NCBI RefSeq assembly: GCF_036321535.1
Contig: NC_087441.1
Coordinates: 31,372,001-31,436,000 of the forward strand
Length of the DNA stretch: 64,000 bases
Direction: 5' to 3'
Origin: Camelus dromedarius
Lineage: Eukaryota
Below, in pieces: positions 41,191 through 55,930 of this stretch. A program made the position numbers and the translations under genes. The notes under the pieces are model-generated. The model did not search any database. It saw only the letters and a program-made list of their open reading frames with translations, and was not told the origin of the DNA. Within the stretch, counting starts at the first letter, position 1. The number at the start of each line of letters is the position of its first letter.

Positions 41191-42489
41191 TAAAATTTAT
41201 TTTTAAAAATTAAAAAAAAATTTTTATTTTTTTAACATTTTTTATTGAGTTATAGTCATTTTACAATGTTGTGTCAAATTCCAGTGTAGAGCACAATTTT
41301 TCAGCCATACATGAACATACATATATTCATTGTCACATTTTTTTCGCTGTGAGCTATGACAAGATCTTGTATATATTTCCCTGTGCTATATAGTATAATC
41401 TTGTTTATCTATTCTACATTTTAAAATCCCAGTCTGCCCCTTCCCACCCCGCCACCCCCCTTGGCAACCACAAGTTTGTATTCTATGTCTATGAGTCTGT
41501 TTCTGTTTTGTATTTATGTTTTTTTTTTTTTTTTTTTAGATTCCACATATGAGTGATCTCATATGGTATTTTTCTTTCTCTTTCTGGCTTACTTCACTTA
41601 GAATGACATTCTCCAGGAACATCCATGTTGCTGCAAATGGTNNNNNNNNNNNNNNNNNNNNNNNNNNNNNNNNNNNNNNNNNNNNNNNNNNNNNNNNNNN
41701 NNNNNNNNNNNNNNNNNNNNNNNNNNNNNNNNNNNNNNNNNNNNNNNNNNNNNNNNNNNNNNNNNNNNNNNNNNNNNNNNNNNNNNNNNNNNNNNNNTGA
41801 GGTAGGGTTCCTTCTGGNNNNNNNNNNNNNNNNNNNNNNNNNNNNNNNNNNNNNNNNNNNNNNNNNNNNNNNNNNNNNNNNNNNNNNNNNNNNNNNNNNN
41901 NNNNNNNNNNNNNNNNNNNNNNNNNNNNNNNNNNNNNNNNNNNNNNNNNNNNNNNNNNNNNNACTTTTGACTGANNNNNNNNNNNNNNNNNNNNNNNNNN
42001 NNNNNNNNNNNNNNNNNNNNNNNNNNNNNNNNNNNNNNNNNNNNNNNNNNNNNNNNNNNNNNNNNNNNNNNNNNNNNNNNNNNNNNNNNNNNNNNNNNNN
42101 NNNNNNNNNNNNNNNNNNNNNNNNTCTGATTGAGTTGTTTGTTTTTTTGATGATAAGTTATATAAGCTGCTTATATATTCTAGAGATCAAGTCTTTGTTG
42201 GTTTCATTTGCAAAAATTTTCTCCCACTCCGTAGGTTGTCGTTTTGTTCTACTTATGGTTTCCTTTGCTGTGCAGAAGCTTGTAAGTTTAATTAGGTCCC
42301 ATTTGTTTATTCTTGCTTTTATTTCTATTGCTTGGGTAGACTGCCCTAGGAGAACATTTTTGAGATGTATGTCAGATAATGTTTTGCCTATATTTTCTTC
42401 TAGGAGGTTTATTGTATCTTGTCTTATGTTTAAGTCTTTGATCCATTTTGAGTTTATTTTTGTGTATGGTGTAAGGGAGTGTTCTATCA
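41191..42489 (-). mobile_element. Young 5'-truncated LINE-1 (about 1.3 kb), ORF2 C-terminus plus 3' UTR and poly(A), partly N-masked
   Basis: Reverse ORF 42158-42490 IEHSLTPYTKINSKWIKDLNIRQDTINLLEENIGKTL...WDLIKLTSFCTAKETI is L1 ORF2. Perfect 14-bp TSD agtatctaattttt (41177-41190, 42490-42503). Confidence 0.95.
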
Positions 42490-44009
42490 AGTATCTAATT
42501 TTTAAATGATTATTATTTCAAAAGTCATTAACCGGGCTCTCAAGTTTAAAAAAATAGTCTCAACTGAGAAAGCTTCCAGTTCTGTATCTTTTTGCTTCTG
42601 CAGGGCTTTCTAAGGCCTTTTCAAGATACTTATCCAAGCATAATATATGATGTAAATATCAGAGAAGCACTATTTTCACATTGCCTTTGCTTTCTTAAAG
42701 CAAAGTGGTCTTGCGTTGGGATCAGTTTATTATTGATAATTTGGAAGACCTTCTACAAACCTATATCCTGCTCCAAAAGAAGATTTCTACAATGACTGTA
42801 GAGATTCTTGTATTAGAAACTCTCACCAGGAGCCTTGAACCCCCAAATATACTAGAGTAGCTTAGAGAATGCAGAGACCAATTCTCCCTAAAGATCTAGG
42901 AGACGTTTTGACCATAGGTATAAAGCACACAATGAAAGGCAGGAATTACTGGGTCCAAACCTAGCTTTTAAAAGGGATGTTTTTCACAAAGATTTCATAA
43001 GCCCCAAGTATGACAGTATTATCTCCTGTTTCCTCCCAATTTCATTTCCTCTAGTTCTGTATCAACCACATCCCATTAACGAGAGAAGTCTTCATTTTTT
43101 TGTCCTTCTGCTATCACATATTCCTTCAGACCTTTTGGATTTTCTGGAGTTAAGTGCAATATTTTGCTTTTCAATTTTGGGGCTTACCTAAATTTCACTG
43201 TATTAATCATGGAAAGTGAGTTCCAATCTAAGAACATTTAAGCACTAGTAACAAGCAATATGTTTGGAAAAGAGCAGAAGAAATAGATCTAAAGTAATGA
43301 TTGGCACCAAATAGTGACTTTTAAAAAGGAAAGACCCTATGTGACTCTAGAGCCATTCAAAGCCATGAGGTCCTGAGGAGATAGTCCTGATTCCCACAGA
43401 AGCAAAGGTTCAGATATTTTCTCTCTGGTTTGACAGCACGCTCTACAAGCGTCACGTATTAATATTCCTTAGCTATAAAGAATTTATACAACTCTATAGT
43501 CAGTGTACATCAGCACAAAAGAAAAAAAGGAAGAAGGAATCAAGAAAAGGAAAATGCATTGGATTCTTTTATTAAAAAAACAAAACTTAAAATAACAGAG
43601 AATGTGATCCCAGCTATGTCAATTTGGTGTTGGCTCAAAGTTGTTAGAGCCTAAGGACTTCAGCATACATTTTGGGGCAGATACGATCATTCAGACCATA
43701 GCACAGCCACAGTTCCTGCTTCTTTCAGTTTTCCTTCAACCTTCAGTCAGACATCCTCATGCCTCAGTTTCAATGTTGCCCTGAAGTCCCAAGTATTTAT
43801 AGGATAGCTGTGAGAACCAATGCGTGTGTATGTCATGTTTGCTGTGTTGAAAATAGAAAAATACATTGCTCATGTGCAATACATGTAAACTAGTGCCCCA
43901 AACCCACGCAGCTGTGGTATAACAGCATAGGAAGGATATGCTCAGAAATAATATAACCTTGTACGTTGCTTCCTTTGGAGTAACCGGGGGATGTTGTTCA
44001 GAGCAAGAG

Positions 44010-44460
44010 CTGTGAAGCTGGGTAACTTAATTCTGGTTCTAACACTTACTAGCTGAGTGGTTTATCCTTTGTGTGCATCAGGGAATGGTGGCAAACTCCT
44101 AAGGATGTGATAAGATTAAATGAGTGAGTACAAATTAAGTGCTCAGAGAAGTCCATGGCACACAGGGAACTATATTCAATACCTTGTAGTAGNNNNNNNN
44201 NNNNNNNNNNNNNNNNNNNNNNNNNNNNNNNNNNNNNNNNNNNNNNNNNNNNNNNNNNNNNNNNNNNNNNNNNNNNNNNNNNNNNNNNNNNNNNNNNNNN
44301 NNNNNNNNNNNNNNNNNNNNNNNNNNNNNNNNNNNNNNNNNNNNNNNNNNNNNNNNNNNGTATACCAGAAACTAACACAACATTGTAAACCGACTATATG
44401 TCAATTTAAAAAAGAAGTACCTGGCACACATTTAGTGCTCAGTAAATCCTGTATTAATAC
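44010..44460 (+). mobile_element. MIR interrupted by an L1 3'-end insertion (44165-44412)
   Basis: MIR sequence on both sides. Insert gggaactatattcaataccttgta...accagaaactaacacaacattgtaaaccgactatatgtcaatttaaaaaa. Near-TSD agaagt[cca/acc]tggcacaca at 44147-44164 and 44413-44430. Confidence 0.75.
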
Positions 44461-45954
44461 AGTTGTAGTTTCCCTCTTGATTTAATCACCATACAAATGG
44501 ATCTCCCTTTAATCTTATAAAACACATAGGAGATTTTTATACAAATAATTTATATAAAATAGCATTTTTTACAAATTCCTCTCTGTTATTTAATTTCTGA
44601 AGACACAAAGATGCAAGATATTCAGAAGTGGAGCAAATTTTAATTGAGGAAGAGTTAGTCTCAAAATATTTTAGAACACAAATCCAATTTATATAATTGC
44701 TGTGCAAGCATAATTTTTGGCAAAACTCTAATTCATGGCTTTCACATGGATGAAAAGAACAGCAGCCTCTTTTGGACTAATTGAGGATAGAAATTTTAAG
44801 ATGTGGACAAGACATGTCTTCAGCGTATTTATCAACAGAACCATCTGAAGTGCCTACTTTAAGAACAAAGATGAAAATGTGAGATTTAGTCCTGGCCTCT
44901 CAAACTGGTCCCTTTATAGAGGTTCCTGGATTTAGTGCTTGAAGGTGGGGCAGGATGATTGGAAGGGGAGGTAGAGGTGATGAAATTTTATCCTCACGGG
45001 AAAGATACGACTATTTGAGCTTTCCTTATTTCTCCAGCTTTCTCTACCCAAATGAATTTCTCATCTTTGTTTCATTGGATTCAGAAAGTTAATAAAAACT
45101 TACTGGAATATGAAAAGATGATTAAATATTTATTGAAAATTTATGTGATACCTAAAGGTATGTGTAGTCCTAGAGGTGCCTTAAAGGCAATATATTTTTA
45201 TTCAAGGGAAACCTTTGCTCAGAGCTTTATTTGGGTTTGACACCCCACTTGAGTGATATTTAAATAAAAGTGAAATAGAAAATGTCTCTTAGGAAAGGAT
45301 GGCCTATTTTCTCCTATGTTAATTTAGAGGGCTCATTTTAACATTACCCACCGGATAAAGTCTGCATTTCTCAGCTCCACAAGCTGACCTCTGTCCTTGA
45401 AGCGTCTTCTTCAATCTCATCGCTATAGTGTCTCTACCTCCATTGCTTCTTTCAGAAGCCAGTGAATCGCTAAGGCACGCTTATTCCTCCGTCTTTGCTC
45501 CTGTTGTTTACTTGGTTTTCTTTCTGTTGAAATATTGTGCATCCTTCAAAGATTAACCCTCCTGAGTGATTTTCTCTGCTTTCCCCGGATCTGGAATCAT
45601 GGCTGTTTCTTTGCTCTCTCAGTCTTTGATTTGTTCTTTATTAATACATGAGTTAATTCTATATACTGTTTTAGCTAATTATCTGCATTCTTTTTACCAT
45701 CATAAACAGTTAACTCTTTGAGGGGAGACGAAAATAGTTCTCAGTCAGATCTGTATAACCATGAAGTACTGTATATGTGCCAGAAACCAACAAATATCTA
45801 TGAATGAATGAAAAGCAAAGACCTTCCAAAATGTTCTCAGAATGAGAGTGTACGTTCCCTCATTTCCCTTGCAGGCCATCTCCTTCCCTCCTGGTCATTT
45901 GGACTACCACCCTTGTGTCTTGTATTTCTTCTGTGACAGTCTGATTATGGACAC

Positions 45955-46085
45955 TGTAATAAATTATTTAATTATCTAATTAAACTATTTTAATTTAATA
46001 ATTTTATTTGTTTAATAATTTGATAAATTGATAATTTTATTTATTTATCTAATAATTTAATTTAATAATTAAACATTTTAATACT
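45955..46085. repeat. AT-rich low-complexity tract
   Basis: About 130 nt made almost entirely of A/T (taattt/aataat units). Confidence 0.8.
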
Positions 46086-46472
46086 CCTAATTGACCTTAG
46101 AACAATCATTTGACCTTGGTGAGATAAAAATTAAATTTTGTTCAATGTCCTTCAAGGTGTGGTGGCAAATTCCATGTCACTCTCTCCTAACACTTTGTTA
46201 CAGCCATCCCAAATTTCTTTATGTCCCAGAAATGGTCTTTCTACATGGAATGCTTTGTTCTTCCCTTCCCTCTCCTCTCTATCTTCCACTGCGTTACTCC
46301 TCCTCTACCAGATTCAAGATAAGATGTTACTTCGTTCTGGAAATCATTACTAGCTTCCCACACCATCTCCAGCCCCAGATTGAATGAAGTCTTTCTTCTT
46401 TGCAATCTAGTAAATAATAAAGATCAGAAAGACTTAGGTCAAGGCCTGGTTTTGCTACTTACCTACTGACAG

Positions 46473-46661
46473 CAGTGCTTCTCAGACTTCACCGTGCATC
46501 AGAATTACCTGGAGAGCTGATTAAATCATAGCTCACTGGGCCGCATCTCCAGAGTTTCTGACTCATTAATTCTGGGGTGGGTCCTGAGAATTCGCATTTA
46601 TGACAAGTTACCAAGTGACACTAATGGTGTTGCTCTGGGGATCCTACTTTGAGAACCACTG
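46473..46661. mobile_element. MER5A-type hAT-Charlie DNA transposon (MITE) nested in a MIR
   Basis: Terminal inverted repeats cagtgcttctca...tgagaaccactg, about 190 bp. Internal catcagaattacctggagagc...ctggggtggg...tgagaatt. Confidence 0.88.
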
Positions 46662-48478
46662 CTTTAAATAATTTAACCTCTCTAAGCTTTAGTCTTCCTA
46701 TCTGCAAGTAAGGCTAAGAGGGGTGTTTTAAGAATTAGTTGAGATAATGTATGTGAAGTGTTTGACGTGAATTAATACTTAATCAGTGCCAGTTAATATT
46801 GTTTCTTTCATCACACTGTATTAAATTGCAGACCAAACAGACCATTTGTCAAGTAAATCAGGAACTTCAAAATAAGCAGGGACTATGTTGGTTTTATTAT
46901 TGTACCTTTTGAAGTGCATTAGTAAGCACTAAGTAAACATATGGTAGAATACACTCAAAGTAAAAGCATTCCATAAATATTTAATAAAGTGAATTTAGGT
47001 GCTTCTTTGTAGATAGCCCCTACACAGAATGTTCCAGGATTCCCTAGTTCAGCTCACTATAGTCTTGGTTTTTTTGACACTGTTTTTGCTGCTTGGTTCT
47101 TACATCACTTCTGGTTGTGGTGAATCAGTCCCCACACCTTCTATTTCTAAGAAAATTATACAAGTAACATGAAGAACATCTTTCTGTGAACTAGAAATAA
47201 ATAACCACACAGACTATTCATTTGGTTCTGTAGTTTCCATTTTATACTGAATGAGAGTAGTTGCAGCCTGAACATATGCCTGCATTTAACACTAGATATG
47301 GGTTAGAAATTAACATGTGAGGAATTTAATTTGCAGTTCCTGGCAAATTCATGAAGCCTCCTCTTTTGAGAAATGTTGTCAGCTTTTCCTATCAGTCTGT
47401 ACCCCCAACCTCCTCTTTGACCTCAGAACCTCATATTTCTTAGTCACTCAGCAAATATTTTTTTTTCAACATCAGCCATGTGGCAACTACCATTCTCATG
47501 GTGGTGATACCATGTTAAGATGAAGTCCCTAAAGCATGGCGTTTACCAACTTGTACTGTAATTGTTTGCATCCCTGTCTCCCATGTTAAATTGTGAGCTG
47601 ACCAATGGTAGGTACATTATTTAATTGATCTTTGTGTATCCAGCTCAGTATTTGGTACATGGTAGATATTCATACGTATGGATTATTATTCATACAGAGG
47701 GACCTTTATTTTATTGGTGCTGAGAAATGGAATTGAGCACTGGAGATGGAATACTGCTGGTCCATGAGGGATTTGGCGTTAGATGTGTATTCTTTGACCT
47801 ATCAAGTGTTGTTGGTTTGAATTTCAATTAGGGCCAATCAATAAAATGTTGGAGATTTTACATAACAATCCAGATCTCCAGCTTATTTTTAAAAAGCCCG
47901 CATTCCTAATTCTCACTCAGCCTGCTCCTTTAGCTGAAGCGTGCCACCTCCTTTTCACTATAACCCCTACCATTGCCAACTGTGTGACACGTGTGTGTAT
48001 GTGTGTCTATGAATCATACTTGTTTACATGGATGTGTGGTAAGGAAAGAATGAAATTCTTCAAATTCTACATCAATCCACTGGAAGTTTGTCTTTATAAG
48101 CTTATAACAACCTAACTCCAACTGGAAATAATACCTTATTCTTTTGTTTTCCTTTAATGATGTGGATTTTTTTTTTAATGATGAAGCTAACAAGAATTTG
48201 CTTTCATTTGAAATATATAGAATATTGAGTTATCAATCTAAATTTTCTCCAAGTTGGTTTTCTGCATTTTTACAGTAGGTTTCCTGAATTTCTCAAATCA
48301 GCTAGATAATTAATTGCCGGTTACTCTTCTACTGTGATGTATATCCCCACCCAAAGTAAAATATGTCTAAATCCATCTGGTTTGGGTTTTTTCCTCCATT
48401 ATGATTATTAAACCAACACTTTTCATTGGCTTGGTTTTATCATAGGAAATCAGGACACTTAAAAATCATAAAATTTAA

Positions 48479-48637
<159 letters not shown>

Positions 48638-49108
48638 TAATGATAAGGTGCAACTATAAATAGACATAATGGCCAGTTACACTCATGTAAAACAGAGTTA
48701 AATTATGCATATAATTATATAAATGTAGATGCAGGCTGTATAAAGCATTCAGTATCCTTGCTTACAAAGCTAGCACTTAAATCCCTCTTATTATTGCTTT
48801 TGCGTTGTGATCACACAGCAGAATGTCATTAGTACTTTATGTGTTGCTGTATTTGAGAACTGTACCCATGGTGCTAATCTTGTTCACACATGATTAATAA
48901 GGTCAATACAATGGCTGTTCCTATAGTATCGGGAGAGAGTAAAGAAAGGAATGTTGTAGGAAGGGATGGCAGAGGGGAGAGAGCAGCTCCTGGTGGCTTT
49001 GGACAGTCCTGAAATGAAATAACTCTCTCTAAGGGGGATTGGGGAAGCAAAAGACAGGAAATAAACGACTAAAAATAAAACTCAAAGATGTCCACAATGT
49101 GGGCTGTT

Positions 49109-49235
49109 AATGTCTCAGTCATGCATATATATACATATATGGACATTGTGTTGTACACCAGAAATTGACACATTTTAACTGACTATACTTCAATTTAAAA
49201 ATTAATTAATTGATTAAAAAAAAAAAACAAAAAAA
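49109..49235 (+). mobile_element. Short L1 3'-end insertion with an inverted 5' segment
   Basis: 49141-49235 is a sense L1 end (ggacattgtgttgtacaccagaaattgacac...poly A). 49109-49140 is the adjoining L1 sequence in reverse orientation (compare 37380-37420). Confidence 0.65.
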
Positions 49236-52200
49236 CCCAACATGAGCTTCTTAATAACCTTAGAAACACAGCTACAGTAAAGACTGGCTCTGCTCTTAGG
49301 GTGAGCAGAAGTGCTCATGGACGTAGCAAAGATTTTACAACAGAAGAGGAAATATTTAGGGACAAATATGACATGGCTCACTAAAAACACTGGCTAAATA
49401 TTGATTTTGAAATGTGTGAGTTGGAATCTATAGTCCTATAGCATATGTACTTTTTTTTTTATTCTTACAAGATGTTTTCTCATTAGATAATAATTTTAAC
49501 TAAAGCAATATTTAAGTATTCAAAAATTTTAAAAGTTGATCTCATTCATTTTTTTAAAGGCATGACATATTAAATGTTTATTTTTCCTCTTCCTCTCTCT
49601 CCCTGCTCTGTCCTTGGCTTATTTTTCCCCTGGTACTTGGCATGAACATTTACAGGCCTCAGCAGCTCTAGAATCCCAGAGTCTCCTACCAGAATCATCT
49701 CCTATGTGTACTTTTCTCTGATAAAAGTTGATAGATGCTCTGTCACCACATCTTCCCTGCTCTATCTTTGCCATAACTTTATCCACCTCACTGTACATAT
49801 TGTGCTGTGCATGTATCAGATGTTACCATCAATTCTCTTCTCCACCTCTTTGAGGGAGAAGATGCTGTATGCTCCCTGTTCTAAAATCTTATGGCAGCTT
49901 TAATCAGCAGTTTATTATTATTTTTTAACCACTATTTTCCCTATTCTTATATTCCCCATGTTAAATTTATTTATTCTTTTCAAAAACATTCTCTAATCCA
50001 AGAATTCTTAACTGTTTGTTCCTGACCCCTACTTCATGTGTACATGGGGATTTTTCTGCAAAAGACATACTTAGCTTTCCTCAGTTTCTCAGTGGGACCA
50101 GGGACCTTACAACAGTCAGAATATGTTGCAATCCACCAGCTTTTATTTCATGGGCACAAACGTCCTGGGAAATTTACTAGTTTACTGTTGTGGCCTTTGA
50201 AGTCCCTGCTATCACTTCAATTTGTTTATTTTTAGAGGTTATACCTATCATTTTTTCAAAAACCCACCTCAGAAGATTGATCAGGACTGTCTTGGATGGG
50301 AGAGCTCAATTATGAAATAGTCCATAGATGATTCTATTGCTCAGTCAAGGTTGAGGACGTAAGTTAACTCACATTCTTATATTAGGGTGAGCATCCCATT
50401 CTGTCTTAATTCCAGTTTACATATTCATCTCCCCGTACTTAGCCAGGGTATGTTGTTGGCAGGGGCCATCTTATTCAGCTTTGGCTCCTCAGTGTCTAGT
50501 GTCTGGCATTCTGCAGCAGGATCAATGTGCATTTTTGAATACTCTCATGTCCCCCTTTTCTAAGTGAGCCATGTGAAATTGCCAGCATGCTGCTGATTCA
50601 GACCTATGCAAATGGCAATTTCATATGGTTCAACCTGCTATCACCTGTATTGCTTGTATTTCATTTTGTTCATTTGCTTCAGCTGCTTGCACGTATCCCT
50701 TACATGTTCCTCCAGCGGCACAGTGAGTTCATATACTGAGAAATGGTATTGCATAGCAGTTACAAACTAACTTTAGGGCCAGGTTGCCTACATGGAAATC
50801 TCTGCTGCAAACCAGCTGCCCAGCCTGAGACAGGTTACTTATTCTTTCTAATGCCTCTGTTTCCCACTATAAATTGGGGATCACAATAGAGAATTGTTAT
50901 ACAGATTAAATGGGTTAATATATATAATTTATCAGAGTGCAATTTAGCTTTCAGCAGTAGCTAAGTCAAAGCCAGGCTCAGCTCACTTCTTTTGACCCTT
51001 CATCTTTATGTTCCCCTTCCTCTTATGTCATTTGTATCGTCTTAAGAGTGAGTCTTTAACAGACACAAAAATAAGAGACAACTTGCTTCGTTGTAATGTT
51101 TCTTGCCTGGCATTCACTGTGGAAAATAGGAGCAGGCATTTCTGCTCTGTTACATACCGACCAGACACTTTCCATACAATCTCTGATTTAATGATTTCAC
51201 ATTTACTATGGGATTTCCATGCCTGGGTCCAAATGCCACCTACAATAGTTAGGTTACAGGATGAGGTTGCAAGGCACATTGGCATACAGGATTCTTAAAC
51301 TCTTGGCATTGCAGAAACTATCTCACTTAGTATCTTGAAGAGATTTCTTTTAAAATAAATAATTATCATGCCTTTCATCCTCCATCCCTCATAATGACTT
51401 TGTTACATGCATTAATGTGCAACTCTTTTTTTTTCTTTTCCAGTTTTATTAGGTAGAATTATTACAGTTTGACTGCACATATACATTATATTGTATGTAA
51501 GTACATATATACAATATATTGCACAATAATGTGCAACTTTAGAAATACTTTTTATATTTTCCTTCCTTTGAGCAGGAGAGCTTACATATATACAAATCAG
51601 ATAGCCTCTTCTTTTGTATTTGCTAGACATAACTCAGTATAATGTTATTCTGCTCCAATCTATGACTTATATCACATCTACTGCTGTTTTGGTTAGATTA
51701 AAACTGTAGTATTATGCTAATTTTTTTTTTTTTTTTTGCTAGCAAATAAAGGCCTTGCCTTGCAATCAAAGACTCAACAGTACATGCAGCCCAGCCTGGC
51801 TTCCCAATTTTACCTACTCTTACTTCTCAGCAGAGCCCAGCCTGTGTAACAGCTTATTTGATATGTATATTGCTGCTCACCTTTCTAACAAACATTATTT
51901 CTAATTATTGGCTTACTTGACCTTTGAGTCTCCTGCTCAAGCCTTTATCCATTTCTTATCTGTCTCCCAGTTTTTTCTTCTCCTCTTTGATTGCCTCTGA
52001 AACCACTGCAATAGCTTCAACCATCACCTCTATGCATCTCAGTCTCATGTCCTCCCTCTGAGCCTGAGCTGTCTACAGGTCCAGGGAGGGTGATCTTTGT
52101 AATCTTGAGCCTGGGGTTCCACATGCTTGTTATAGGTGTTTCCACTGGGTATCCTTCCATGGACATACCTCAGAGAAAGCGTTTTAATATACTTAAATCC

Positions 52201-52629
52201 ATATTCTTCCCATAAGACTTGATCCTCTTTGTTCAGTCTCTATCCCTGTTATTGACCATGCAACCATCAAGACACCTTAGCTCAAAACACCAAGGTTAAC
52301 TTTGACTCTTCTACAGATGTGATATTAGACATTGTGAATCAGCCTTGGGTTCATCCTCCCTGAATTAGTGTGGGGGCCCCAACACAGTCTCTTTTGGGGC
52401 AGCTTCTTTCTCCCCTTGAGAAATGGATTCTCACATCAGATCTTTCTGCGACATACATTCTTATCCTTCTTCTCACTATACTCTGGGGTCTCTCATCTCT
52501 CTGCACTTCTTTCCTTTCTTCTAAACCCCTTCTAGAGGAATGTATATGAGCCAATGCATCTATCTGATTGTGTTATTTTATCTCCTTGCCCTATTTTTTC
52601 TTTATTTTTAGATGTGTAATTTTTTAAAT

Positions 52630-52850
52630 TTCATTTTTTATTGAAGTATAGTCAGTTTTCATTGTTGTGTCAATTTCTGGTGTACAACATAATGTTTCAG
52701 TCATACATATAATACATAAATTCATTTTCATATTCTTTCTCATTATAGGTTACCACAAGACATTGAAAATAGTTCCCTGGGCAGTACAGAAGAAACTTGT
52801 TGTTTATCTATTTTATATAGAGTAGTTAGTATCTGCAAATCTCAAACGCC
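52630..52850 (-). mobile_element. L1 3'-end fragment
   Basis: ttttattgaagtatagtcagtttt...tctggtgtacaacataatg...ataggttaccacaagacattgaaaatagttccctg...atctgcaaatctcaaac. Confidence 0.8.
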
Positions 52851-53915
52851 CATCCTATTTTTTTCTTATGTTTCTTTTCTAGAGGCAACACGTGCAGTGG
52901 GGGAAAATATGATTTTTGAAATCAGTCTGAATACAGATGTGCTCTGCCACTTATTAACTTGTGCTCTCCCATGTTACTAAACCTCTCTGAAGCTCAGCTG
53001 CCTTGTCTGTAAAGTAGACGTAGTATCACTTCCCTTGTGGGGCTGATGTAAGGATAGAAGGATATAAGGGATGTGAGATTCAGGCTCTGCATGCTTGGCA
53101 GCTCTCACACCCTTCATGCGAACTCTCCTTAGTAGATGGGAGGATGGGAGCCCTGTGCCCTGCTTTCCATCTCGTCCATTTCAAAAACTCTGGGCCATCT
53201 TTATTGAGCATCTCTGGCAGAAGCTCCTTATCCTCCTCACCTTCACCATCAGTGGTTGCTACTTCTTGGCCAGAATTCATCTCAAACACAGCTGACCCAG
53301 TGATGGGAAAGAAAAGCATTTTTATTCTCATTTTTTTTAAAATGAGGAAACCAAAGTCCACAGAAGTTACATGATATGTTCAAAGTGCAAACTTAAAAGA
53401 GAATTTGGGAATTATCCAAAATTATCCTTGGGAGTTATGTCCTTGGACATAATAATGTGTTTTTATATTAGCTCTCAAAGAAATGGTTGATTTCCATTTT
53501 CCTGTTTGTACTTTTCCATTCAGTTAATAATTAGGGTTTGAAGGTTGTCCTAAAAATGTGTGAGAAAAGTGTCTATAGGGTCTGCTGCATTATCCTTTTA
53601 CCAGGCAGAGCCAACTCTATCCATTTCAGACTGATGGAAGTACATCCAATTTAAGAAGTGATCTAGATGAAACACCTACTGGTTTCTTCTTGGAGGGGCT
53701 ATACCAGTGTTAAATTTTCCCTACTTTGAAGGCCTTCAAAAACAATTCTTCCTTGAATAAAGGTGGAGGACAGATTACTTTCTGTATGGCAGAGTGGTCA
53801 TGAGCCTAATTAAGCTTTTATGTCAGAACTAAATTCAAATTTCACTTTGTCCTGTACCACTCATTAGCTGTATAAACTTAAACAAGTTATTGAACATCTT
53901 TAAACCAGGTATTTT

Positions 53916-54066
53916 TGGTTGTTTTGGTTGTTGTTGTTGTTGTTTTGTGGGAGGAGGTAATTAAGTTTACTTATTTATTTATTTTTAGAGGAGGTACTGG
54001 GGATTGAACCCAGGACCTCACACATGCTAAGCATGTGCTCTAACACTTGAACTATACCCTCCCCCC
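53916..54066 (-). mobile_element. Camelid tRNA-Ala-derived SINE (vic-1 type) with a (CAA)n tail
   Basis: gggaggaggtaattaag...gaggtactggggattgaacccaggacc...aactataccctcccccc. TSD aaaccaggtatttt / aaaccaagtctttt (53902-53915, 54067-54080; 12/14). Confidence 0.92.
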
Positions 54067-54555
54067 AAACCAAGTCTTTTAATACCTACTCATAAGTTTA
54101 CTCTGCACATTAAATTAGGTCATATGTAAAGAATTTTACAGAATCTGGCTGACAGTCAGAGCTCTATAAATGGCAGTGAGTACATATTAACCATGTGTTC
54201 CTTCCAGGGAATAGGTTTCATATCTACTACAGTCAGGGGAATTCAAACCATGTGAAAAACAAAACAAAATGACCATTGTTGAAAATGACAGCCAAACAGT
54301 TGTGTGCAGTTAGAACATATAATAATCTCTGAATAGTGATGACCACAGTTTTTCTCTTTTTATATTGCTTCCTCTTTTTTCCAGGATGTAATATTGTCCT
54401 ATTCTTTTATTTGCCAAAGAATTTAAATGATTTGGAGAAAATGTACAGCATCTACTTCTCTCTGCCTCTCTCTCTCTCATTAAATCTTAATTATGAGAAA
54501 AGAGAAATTATTTTTGCAGGTGTCGTTCTTTGGGTTGTTTTCTTGATTTACGTAA

Positions 54556-55930
<1,375 letters not shown>

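Noticed and set aside
41549-42509. Plus-strand 294-aa ORF (MLLQM...YLIFK)
   Set aside because: Antisense of L1 ORF2, joined artificially through N-runs.
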